From contig OX597837.1 in the NCBI GenBank assembly GCA_951406725.2, positions 16,306,001 through 16,370,000 on the forward strand: 64,000 nt of DNA, in the 5' to 3' direction. The notes beneath the pieces were generated by a model. That model made no database searches. It saw nothing but the letters and a program-made list of their open reading frames with translations, and was not told where the DNA came from. Shown here piece by piece: positions 37,095 through 48,010 of the stretch. Made by a program: the position numbers and the translations under genes. Source of the DNA: Octopus vulgaris (Eukaryota). The first letter of the stretch is position 1; every line of letters begins with the position of its first letter.

Positions 37095-39591
37095 CTGCAC
37101 TGGACTGAATATGGTCAATCCAATGATCCAAGTCGGCACCTGTGGAGAAAGACATGAGCAATGATGGAATTTCAGGGCACTAAAATCTTTACTATGTCTT
37201 CTGCCTCACCCCAACCTCCCAAAAATCCCACATTAAACGTTTACTGACCTTCCACCCCTCCCCAATCCTTTATCTTACACTTCAGTCCTCTGAACTCTGC
37301 CCCCCCCCATTTTTCCTACAGAAATTTAAAACTGAACGTCTATCCATCCACTCATCCGTCCTTCTCTGTCCCCTAATTCCTGGGAGAGTCAGGTCCCTCC
37401 TCTGTAGGCTCCGATTGGAACAACTGTCATTACACTTTCCTGCTGGATTCCCAAGCATGACCAATTGAGATGATGGAGATGATTCAACCCTCACACTCTT
37501 GGTCTTCCCCTGCATCTCCTCTCATCTGTCTTGAGGTTTTTTCCTGCAACTTTCTAATTACATATCTCTAGTACTGGACCCCTGTGATATCTCAATGCGT
37601 AAAAGTAGCATCTCAACCTGAAGGGATTCCCTAACATGGCTGGCCATTTGAATATTCTGAAAAGCTTCTGCTTAAAGACACTAGTCGAAGGTGTTGCTGT
37701 ACATTGGGTTTAAACTGGAGACCTTATGGCTGTGGAAACAAGCTGCTTAACCATTCAGCCACACATGCACGTACACTCTTACTTTCACGTTCATGCTCAC
37801 ACTTCACACTCACCCATACTCATTCACACTCTCCAAAATAGCTGAAACTGCTTCTAGTGTCAAATGTATTTCTGTTACCAATAACCTGCAGCATGCCTTA
37901 GTTGGTGAGAATGGAACTAAATTTACCATTATAAATCACCAACATTTCTTTATTCTTGGCAGGCTGACTGGATTCAAACCTAATGAAACACTTTAGTGTC
38001 AGTGGACAGAGCATGGCCAAATGGTTTAAGTAGTTTGCTGTGCATATTTACAAGGTTGTAGGTTTGATCTCACTAACTGGCATTTTACGTCAACCCAAGC
38101 TTTGTGAGTGAAATTAGACAGAAACTGTGTGGAAGCCTTTCAAATGGATTGTATGCACCTGTAATTCAAAGGTCCAGCCTTGCCAAACACAGCCTCACAC
38201 TGGATTACATTAAGAATTCAAGTGTTCTTGGAATACTCGGCCATTTACATGGTAATTTCATGAGGAGATCAATCAATCAAACAACTGAATATTCAGAGAT
38301 CTGCTTCTTTGTATGGCAGCTGCATTCAGCATTGCTCCATAAGCTGGTACCAAAATATATGCCTCAGAACCTCCCAAAACTAGACACCAGTATCTACGTT
38401 TTATCTAAGCTTAATAAGATTATCCATGAAAAAAAAAAAACAAATAATATTAATGTAAATAATCTCCACAAACCATGAATCCACAAACCCTTTCCACTTT
38501 ACTAGAATGAAGAACAACTCAGAATAATGAGCCTGAAATGTAAAAAAAATTGACAAAAAGCATAACAAATTTGTATCCCCATCATCAGCTGCCAAACGGA
38601 CATCACTATGGTTTTGATCCCTGGGCAGTGCTATTCAATCCATTGGTGTCAAGTGTTAAAAACATTAACGCTGCTTGGGAATTGATAGTAATCAGCAGGA
38701 ACAAAACATTAGGGCATATTGTGTTAGATATTTTTGTGTAGATAGATAATATCAAACACACCGAATGTCACCACTAAATAAAGCTTTCTATGAGCGAGTG
38801 AGGAATTTTCTGTGCAGTTACTTTGCCTGTTAGAAATAGCAGCTAAATCTTCCTCAAATCACACCAAGCATTTTGAAAATGAAAGAACATAATGGATTAA
38901 TGTACTAATGTATATCTCCTCCTTGTGTTGTGGACTTGTGTACCTCAATGACTGTGAAAGCCATGCCAGCAGAGCAAAATCTCCTTGTAGAACCTCTCGT
39001 GCTAGACAGGTCAAAAAGTAGAAGCCAGACTAATATGGACGGTCTCTTCTCCGAGGTAAAAATGAATTTACTTAGGGCTAACACTCCCACCTAAAAAGAA
39101 GCAATTCAAAACCCAACAAGCTGTGGTAGATAAGAGCCCAGGGTTGGGAATGGCAGAGAAAAGTTATCAATGGCCTGTGCTTCATCAGGGGCGAAAAGCT
39201 TAAGTAGCTGATGTATATTTTGGTAAACATACTGTGGTCAAAAGAAAACAAAAAAAAAAGATGAATACTGGATTGCCACAGTTGGAACACATTTGATCAT
39301 AGCTTAAAAGTCTGCTTGATCACCTAAGGGTGGGTGGAGATTAATTAACTAAGCCAAAAGAATCCCACCATGAGCCAACAAAGAAACCTGTATGCTGTTC
39401 CTCAACTTTCATTCTCTTTTCAAAGACATTGAATTAGATAAGGTAGTTCTGCAAAAGCTGGGATGATCACAACTGCAACAGCTTTAATCATGGATTTGCT
39501 TCATTCGGGTTGACTAAGAGATAAACTTATTGTATATAAATAACTAAAATATTATCTAATCAGAGGATGTTTGATTTGTATTTATTTTTAG

Positions 39592-39701
39592 ATGTTGCTG
39601 AAGGTCCAAATGTGGATGTTGCCTTAAGTTTATCATCAAACCAAACAGAACCCAGAAAATCTGTGTTAACCTCGAAAAAAACTAGTACTTCCAAGAAAGG
39701 C
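39592..39701 (+). CDS. ARFGAP2: ArfGAP2/3 exon
   Basis: TTTTTAG acceptor, GTATGT donor, 110 nt, phase 1-0. Encodes (N)VAEGPNVDVALSLSSNQTEPRKSVLTSKKTSTSKKG. Confidence 0.9.
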
Positions 39702-40555
39702 GTATGTCTTTATTTCATTTTCAACTTAATTAATTTCAGTTGTTGCTTGAAATCTTTATTTTGTAATTAGAAATTATTCTTTTTATCTCCAGTTTTGTTG
39801 TAACTCCTGGAGTCTTGCATGCATAGTGGGCTTGCTACCTGCAGCCTACGGTACCATGCTATCTGTTCTTTTTAACTAGCTAATACTTTCCTGATTATTC
39901 TGGCTGAGCCATGGAGGTAAACCTTTTGTAACAGTTCTACTGGACACTCTCTTCCAATTTCCTTTGTATCCTTCTTGATGCCTTTTCATACTATCCCCAA
40001 GAACCCAATAATAACTAGCACTATCTCCACCTTAGCAGTAGTGGTAGTAGTATTAAGGCAGAATTGTTAGCACATTGAATTAAATACTTGGCAGAATTTG
40101 AACTTAGAACAACGTAAAGATTGACAAAATACCACTAAGATAGGTGTTTGTCTTTCATTTTCCAGGATTGATACAGTAAGTACCAGTCATGTACTGGGTC
40201 AATGTAATCGACTTCCTGCTCCCTTCAAAAACTGTGCCAAAGTTTGAAACCGTTATTGTTGTTGTTGTTGTTGTTGAGGCGGCAAGCTGGCAGACCCATC
40301 AGCACACTAGACAAAATGCTTAGTGGCATTTCCTCTATCTTTTTGAACTGAGTTCAAATTTTGCCAAGGTTGATTTTGCCCTTCATCTTTTCAAGGTTGA
40401 TGAAATAAATCTCAGTCGAGAACTGGAGGGTCAATATAATTGATTGGCCCCTACCCGATAAACTTTAGGCCTTGTGCCTATAGTAGAATTATTATTGTTA
40501 TTATTAAGGCAGTTAAGAATTGTTAACGTGTTTGACAAAATGCTTTGACAGTGTG

Positions 40556-40605
<50 letters not shown>

Positions 40606-40993
40606 GGTATGAACTTCCACCCATTGATCCACCTGTCAGTTTCACTCTCAGAGCCCTACACAATAAGGCCAAACCTGAAAATGTGGGACTACTGTTCAGC
40701 CACACAACCGAGCCTGAATTCCTTCTTTTTTTTTTTACTTCTTCTTTTGTAAGCTTTTGTCATGATGGTTGCAGATCCTTGTGGTTGTGTTCAGTTTAGA
40801 AATCTGTATGCCAATGCTTAGAGGAAATATTTTTTGCTGAGAGGGAATTCCAGAAAGTTAGCACACCTCTAGCTTCAGGGTGTTGTCTCTTTTTTTCCCA
40901 ACAATAGTCCCAGAAATTTAATTAATGGTTTATTAAAATGAATTACCTTAACTAATTTATCTCAATTGAATGTAAATATCTCTTTTGTTGTAG

Positions 40994-41139
40994 AAAGGTG
41001 GCCTTGGAGCACAAAGAGTGAAGGCAAATTTTACAGAGATCGAATCTCGTGCACAGCGTAAGGATAAAGAGAAAGAAGACCTGGAGGCTTTGAGGAATAT
41101 GGAACAAGTGAGGAATAAAGCTGAAGAAGAAAGGCAAAT
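40994..41139 (+). CDS. ARFGAP2: ArfGAP2/3 exon: basic/BoCCS region
   Basis: TTGTTGTAG acceptor, GTAAGG donor, 146 nt, phase 0-2. Encodes KGGLGAQRVKANFTEIESRAQRKDKEKEDLEALRNMEQVRNKAEEERQ with the conserved GLGAQ(K/R)V..F.EIE motif. Confidence 0.93.
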
Positions 41140-42262
41140 GTAAGGCTTAGTTAATAGATATTCTTCTCTTCTTTGAGTAAACAAGATTTGAAGACTCCTT
41201 GTGTTTTCTCTTGTTAGCTCGTGCATGAAGAGTAATGAGCTGAAATACTTGGACACCTGCTCTTTATGCTTTTGATACCAACCCGTCTGTGACCACCCCC
41301 ATTGGTTCTATAATACAAAAATTAACCTTCCATCAAAATTTCATGTTAGTTTGTGGTCCAAACACCAGGTTGTTTTGCTTTTGTTTTGTTTTTTGACAAA
41401 TTCTTCACTAGTTTAGAATTAACTGAAGCAAAGGCAGTGTATTTCAACTGAAATATGGTAACAAAAGTGTTCATCTCAAACCTATTGCCATATTTACCAA
41501 GCCCTGAAGGGTTTTTTTTTTTTATTAGTGACAGGATTTTTGCAGATGTACCCAGATTGGGGAAAAAGTGATGAAGTTGATATTTATAAGGTGGCAAAGT
41601 GTGGACTGGAAGGGAGTTTTTCAGTGGATTATTATTGTGGAGTATGACTGGTGGATAAAATGTTAGGAAAGTGGTTGTTGAGAAGAGAGATAGTAAAAGT
41701 GATGGGAGGAGGAGAGTCTAGTAGGGGAGGGTTTGAAATGCCACTACTTTTGGTGACATAGGTCAAAGTGGTGGCGGTAGGAGTGATACTTCTGATTTAG
41801 TGAGCCAAGAAATGTCTGTTGAATCTTATCCTCCTCTACAGTACAGTATCACATGAGACTGCATCAGTCAATCAATCCAGAAACATGGTATTACACAAAT
41901 CCTACTAACCTCCTCTACATTAATTTAAACCCTTTAGCTTTCGGTTACTCTGTCAAATGGAGCACAAATGGAGCACCTGATTTGGTTTCATTGGGAGTCT
42001 CCAGTGAAGAGTCTTATCATATATTCAGGTGTCTGAGTGACTGGCAAAAGAGAGAGAGAGAGAGAGAGATAGGATTTTGTGAATGAGCATTGAGCAATAT
42101 GATGCTTTAAAAGAATAATTAGGGGAGTGATAGTGATATAATGTGAGGTCCAACTGTTGATTTTGGACTTAGAGATCACCTTACGATCAGAAGTCCTACA
42201 ATTGCTGTTGAGTAAAGATCAGATATCAACTTTCATACCTTTCAGAGTTTTTTGCCATATTG

Positions 42263-42313
<51 letters not shown>

Positions 42314-42382
42314 TATCAATGTGTGTCAGTAAACTATTTTTACTTGCTAAATAATACTGTTTTCTTGTTCTCTCCAATTCAG

Positions 42383-42511
42383 TGCCTCGATGAAATTAGC
42401 ATATCAAGATATGAAATTAGAAAGGAAGAAAGAAGAGGAAAAATTAAAATCTTCTGACCCCCAAAAAGCAGCTCAACTGGAACGGCTTGGGATGGGTTTT
42501 TCCGGTAGTCG
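42383..42511 (+). CDS. ARFGAP2: ArfGAP2/3 exon: ERLGMG motif
   Basis: CAATTCAG acceptor, GTGAGT donor, 129 nt, phase 2-2. Encodes (I)ASMKLAYQDMKLERKKEEEKLKSSDPQKAAQLERLGMGFSGS. Confidence 0.95.
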
Positions 42512-43198
42512 GTGAGTACTATTCTGTGTGTGTGTTTGTCTATCTTTTGGTCTAACTTTCTTTAATGAATTCAAAGTGCTTCTTAGAGTGTCAAGCAGGT
42601 ACAAGAATGACTGTGTGGTTAAGAAGTTTATTTCAGAACCGTGTGGTTTTGGGTTCAGTTCCATCATGCAGCATCTTAGGCAAGTGTCTCCTACTCTGGC
42701 CCCAAGCCAATCAAACCCTTGTGAGTGGATTTGGTAAACAGAAATTGAAAGAAGCCTCTGTGTTTTTGTGTTTACCCTTGTCTTGGCATCCCAAGGTGGT
42801 TTTAAATGAGTGTTACCATCATACACATAATGTTGTTTGTTTCCAGTCTTCCATGTAAAAATATGTTTGGCCGTGGGGGAAATATCACCTTGCTTGGAAA
42901 CAGGTGAGGATTGATGACACAAAGAGCATTTAACCGTAGAAAATTTGCTTCAAAACATTGTCTGACCCATGCAAGCATGAAAATGTGGACATTAAATGAC
43001 GATGATGATAGTGATCACCTTATTACAGACTTTTATTTACTTCATCACCTCACCATTTTCAAAGAACTTTCTTATTACAGTTTGCTGCATGATTGCGGGG
43101 GTTTAATTTTTTTTTTACCTTTATTTCAATAACAGTAATTTTTGTTTTCTTTTTTCAACTGATTTTTCATTTTTTTTTTTATATATTTGTTTTTACAG

Positions 43199-43366
43199 AG
43201 GGGTCAGTCACTCCATTCTCTCAGACATGACCGTCATCGACCAAGAGACACCAAGTGGCCGGACATCAAATTCCTCTAATTTGGATAGATTTGAAAGCAG
43301 CCAGAGTGGTCGCGACTTTTTTGAGGATGAATTTGACAAGTTAGGAGGCTTTTCTTTAAGCTCTAA
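43199..43366 (+). CDS. ARFGAP2: ArfGAP2/3 exon: VSHS motif
   Basis: TTTTACAG acceptor, GTAATT donor, 168 nt, phase 2-2. Encodes (R)GVSHSILSDMTVIDQETPSGRTSNSSNLDRFESSQSGRDFFEDEFDKLGGFSLSS. Confidence 0.92.
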
Positions 43367-43963
43367 GTAATTTCCATTCTTTTGCTATATATTTCTATAT
43401 TTTTTACACTTTTTTATAAATGTTTAGACTAAGCTATTTTATTGTGTTCTGTGCAACTAGTCCAACTTCAAACCCCACTTCTTTTTTTCTGTTCTTTTTT
43501 TTTAAATTATTAATAAATTTTAGAATAATTACTCTATACCATTTACGGTTTTTAAAGTTCAACTATTGGAAGGCGGGGATCAAATTAATTGTTGATTTGT
43601 GATTTGATTGTAAGCCTCTAACACTTAAACCAGCCTTATCCATTCCAAACATTCTACTTATTTTATGTTCAAATTGGCCAGATCTGGCGTCTTGCAGATC
43701 TGACCCAACAATGTCATTCCAAAATAATCACAGCATCAAAATCTCAAAACTATGAGATAATCCCATAATTAATTCAAAACAATGTGAATAAATAAGCATT
43801 ACATTCAACAGAGTAATCTGAATGCTGAAGGGGTAAATGCAATGTGGTGGTGGGAGGGGGGAGGGTCAGTTTATAACTTGGTCATATAGGGAGCATTAAG
43901 TTCTAATATATAAACTTTAAAAGAATTTAGGTCCCCAAGTGGGCCTTATATTATTGAGGAGTT

Positions 43964-46900
43964 TGTAGTTGTGTGGCAATTTTCAATTTCACTAATACAG
44001 GAGGCTGAAAAGATTGGCCGTAAATGGGCTTTACTCTTCTAAGAGCAAGAGTACAGTATCGGTCAGTAATAGCTTTAGCCATGAACCTGGCTGGTCAGCA
44101 GACAACCATGTTTGAATATCATTTCTAAGCCTTGTTTCCAACTGGCTGTAGTAATATTAACAGTAGTAAATATAACCTGTATAGTTATAGTAATAATATT
44201 AGTACTTGTTACCTTTGCTGAAGAATCTGAGCACTACCAGGTGAATTCATAAAGTTCTTCACCACCAAAATATAACCTGGGGCATTACAATATTCTGGAT
44301 AATTTACGTCTTTTGACTTTGCAAATTGTATTGATGTAGAATGCTGTTGACCAGCCTCTCAGTTTCTCAGGTTTTATGAGAGTAAATGGCTTTTGATTGC
44401 TCAGGATTATCAAGCTTTGAGCTGTTAGCTTCTTCTTCTTCTGGATTGATATTACTGGTTCTGGTTTCAACTCCTGGTGTTTCTGCTTCAAGATCATTCA
44501 CAGGTTCCTGGCTGCATGATGAGATATCAAACCCAGTCGGTCTATCAGAAAATTGAGTGAAACTGAACAGCCTCGCATGAGGCGTCGTGTTAGGGGCTGT
44601 ACCAAGGAAGGAGCGAATCGGGTGCAGAGCATCAAGGAATACGTGCTTTTAGTGACTTGCACTCAATTCCTTGGACTTCGGTGCCAAAGTAATGGTTTTC
44701 CATTAGGTTGAGTTGAGCCTTTCAACATGACCATTCCCTGCTGGATTGTATGCAGTCGTCCAGCTGGTTGCTATGCCTTTATCATGGAGGAATTATTTCA
44801 GTTCAGCTTACATGAAGGCAGCACCACAATTAGAATGAATGAAAGAAGGGAGTCCAAAATCGAAAATAGTTGGCGGAGATAACAAATGACAATAGCAGCT
44901 GATATATCTGAACATGCAAACGCAAACAGAAAGCAAGAAATTTTTTCAATAATTGTGAGTAGATTTGTTGTGATTAGTGGATGGGAGTGGATCCCTTGAA
45001 GTCTACATTTAATCTCTCAAACAGCTGAGTTGCCATCACAAGTTTGGCTGTTGTTGGCACAGAAAATCTAGGCTTCAGTTCAGTGCATGCAGGACATTGA
45101 AATGTTATAGATTTTAGATCAGGAGTGGAAAATGGTTGATTCTTTGACCACATGAAATGGAGCGATCACATCATGCCTGGATGGCACAAGGAAACGTGGA
45201 GCTGTGTAAGGTCCACAGGGGTAGAAGATGCAGCCTTGTTCTCCTTACCCAGCCAATAAATGACATCATATTTGAAACAATACAGCTCAATCCTCCAACA
45301 ACAAAGACAAAGTCAAGAACGGCAAGGTCTTCTGATGAAAGTCAGGGACTGAAGATGAGCTCCAATCAGGTAGGGTTTCCATTTATGAAGAGCTGCTTCA
45401 ATGATGACATAAGCTTCCTTCTCAGCTGAGGACTGGTTCTGTTCACTGCAAGTAAGTGTTCTAGAGAAAAAGGCTACAGGTCTTCCATTCTGGTTCAAGG
45501 CTGCAGCAATAACAATATCAGAAGCATCTGTTTCCACAATCAAAGGTATTTGGTGGTTGACAGTGACCAAAGTAGCGCCTTCAATCTCTGACTTGAAGTT
45601 TTGGAACGACTGTTCAACAACATCAAGGTGTGGGGAAAATCTTATTGTGTGTCAAGGGTGTGATTTCCTCAGAGATCCAGTGAGAATAATAAGCAAATTT
45701 CTATGTTTCTTTCTTGTGCTTTGGCATCTTGAGATGGGAGCTTGCTTAAGCAGTGGAATCATTCTGGATCAGGTCTGATTACCCCTTTGGACACTTTGTA
45801 ACCCAGGAGCATGATAGTCCTGGCAGCAACGACTGTTTTCTTATCATTGAAGATTCGTACAGCCTGTTGGAATCTTTCACAATTCTCATCATGTTTTCTT
45901 CTGTTGCGCCTGCGTATTGTGACACTCTCAACGTAGGTTAAGGTATCCTCTAGTTTTGTTTGCTTGATAAGATTATCAATGATATGTTGAAAAGAAGCTA
46001 TACTATTTGTGACTCCAAACAATATACAATGGAATTGATACAGATTCCCACATACTTCGAATCCTGTAAATTTTTTCTCCTCTTTGCATATAGAGATCTG
46101 ACGATAAACATTCTTAAGATTGAAAGGGTGAATATTTTGTAGCGAGATATTTTCTCAGCCAGTTCATTGATGCATGGTGCAGGGTAGGCATCGAGTTGTG
46201 CATATTGATTGATTGTCTGGTTATAATCAATTACCATTCATCTTTTGTGAGATTCATCACTGGCAACTAAAACTTGCACCCTCCCTGGAGAATGGGATGG
46301 TTCAACGAATTGTTCTGACAAAAGACAGCTGACTTCACTTTTGACAAATTTCTGATCCGGCAATGACAGGTGCCTGGACTTAGTAGCAATAGGTTTGCAA
46401 TGTGGTGAAAGCGACCTGAATTGTGTAGGAGTGTCAACATGTCACAAAGTGAAAATGGAGGTCTGAGACCTCCGAAGGCTGTGTTTACTTGTTCATACTG
46501 TTTCAAAACATCATCCCCAATTAAGACATGTGAGCAAAGCCCAGGTAAAAATGAAAGCTTCACACCGAGGTAATCATTGTCATGAAAGACCAATTTAGCA
46601 AAACAGTGACCTTATGTAACGCTTGACCAGGTAGTAGAGGCCATTGAAATCAGTGTTTGATGGATACACCAACCATGTGAGTGTACCTTATGAGATCATA
46701 CATAACTATCAGAGCTTCCAGTATCAACCAGAGGGTTGAGTTTCACACCATTTATGTACACTTTAAAAACAGCAGAAGATAATGTTGCAGGAAAAGCTGC
46801 AGAGAATATGGCAAACAATGTGGCATTTGAGTATGTAACAAAGTATTTGGTCCTGCATACCCTCTGGAAGTGACCGACTTTGTTGCAGGCTTTACATGTC

Positions 46901-48010
46901 GCTTCCCAGGCTGGGCTCTTGGAATGTGGGTGTTTGTTGTAACAACAGGAAAAAACATTTAGGTATCATGTTTTGGGCTGAGAGGACATGCAGTATAGGA
47001 TTCATTGGGGGACTGACTGACCTTAGGTAACTTGAAGATTGAACCTCTACCATCTCCTGCATCGATACTTGGATAAAGGCCCAATCAAGATGTAGGTTGT
47101 CCTGCTCCAACAACCGTTGGCGTATGCTACTAGAATGCATGCCACTTATGAAGGCATCTCTTACAGCTTTGTTGAGATGTTCAGTAGCCAAAACAGCTTT
47201 GTATCCACAGTCTTTTGCCAAAAGTTTGTGCTTCTGGAGGTATTGATCTAAACTTTGTCCATACTCCTGCTGGCAAGTCTATAACAGGTGATATGCATAC
47301 ACTACATCAGTGGTTCGCGACCTGTAGTCTGTTGACCCCTAGTGGTTCACAAAAGTAGTACTGGGGGTCTGTGAACTAAATTCAAAATTTCATATCTATA
47401 TAAACATAAGGATAACAATATCCTGGGGTCCGTGGGAAAACTCATTTAAATAAAAGGAGTCCTTGCTAATGAAAATTGGGAACCACTGCGCTACATTCTT
47501 TGGTTTCACGTATAGTGAAGTAAGACTGTCAACCGCTCTGGTGTCCATGATGCAGTCCGTGATATATTCGAACACGTCATGGCCAATGGGATTGGTGAGC
47601 CACTGCAATTCATTCTCTTTCACTGCATTGAGTGAGTTTAGGTAGTTGGTAAAAGTAAAATGCTAATGCAGAAAGGTGAGGCTGGGTCAATGTCGAAATG
47701 TTCCAGGTGTAGCACCTTGTCCATTTAGAAGAGTAAATTCCAGTAATGTAGCAATTCTCAGTTTAATTAATACAGGAGGCTGAAAAGATTGGCCGTAAAT
47801 AGGCTTTACTCTTCTAAGAGCAAGAGTACAGTATCGGTCAGTAATAGCTTTAGCCATGAACCTGGCTGGTCAGCTGACAACCATTTTTGAATATCATTTC
47901 TAAGCCTTATTTTCACTCCAAAGCCTCGTTTTCAACTGGCTGTAGTAATATTAACAGTAGTAAATATAACCTGTATAGTTATAGTAATAATATTAGTACT
48001 TGTTACCACA
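43964..48010 (-). mobile_element. Gypsy/Ty3 LTR retrotransposon, decayed, antisense to host gene
   Basis: LTRs at 43964-44213 and 47739-48010 (TG...CA), 5-bp TSD GAGTT/CAGTT. gag MDKVLHLEHFDIDP..RDAFISGM.S..IRQRLLE; RT MVIDYNQTINQYAQLDAYP, FGVTN; RNase H VETDASD..AALNQNGRPVAFFSRTL..EKEA; integrase TTAYNPAGNG.VER. Order gag-RT-RH-IN. Confidence 0.95.
47308..47488. mobile_element. hAT-type MITE nested in the Gypsy gag
   Basis: TIRs CAGTGGTTCGCGA / TTGGGAACCACTG; 8-bp TSD CACTACAT (47300-07) / CGCTACAT (47489-96). Confidence 0.9.
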
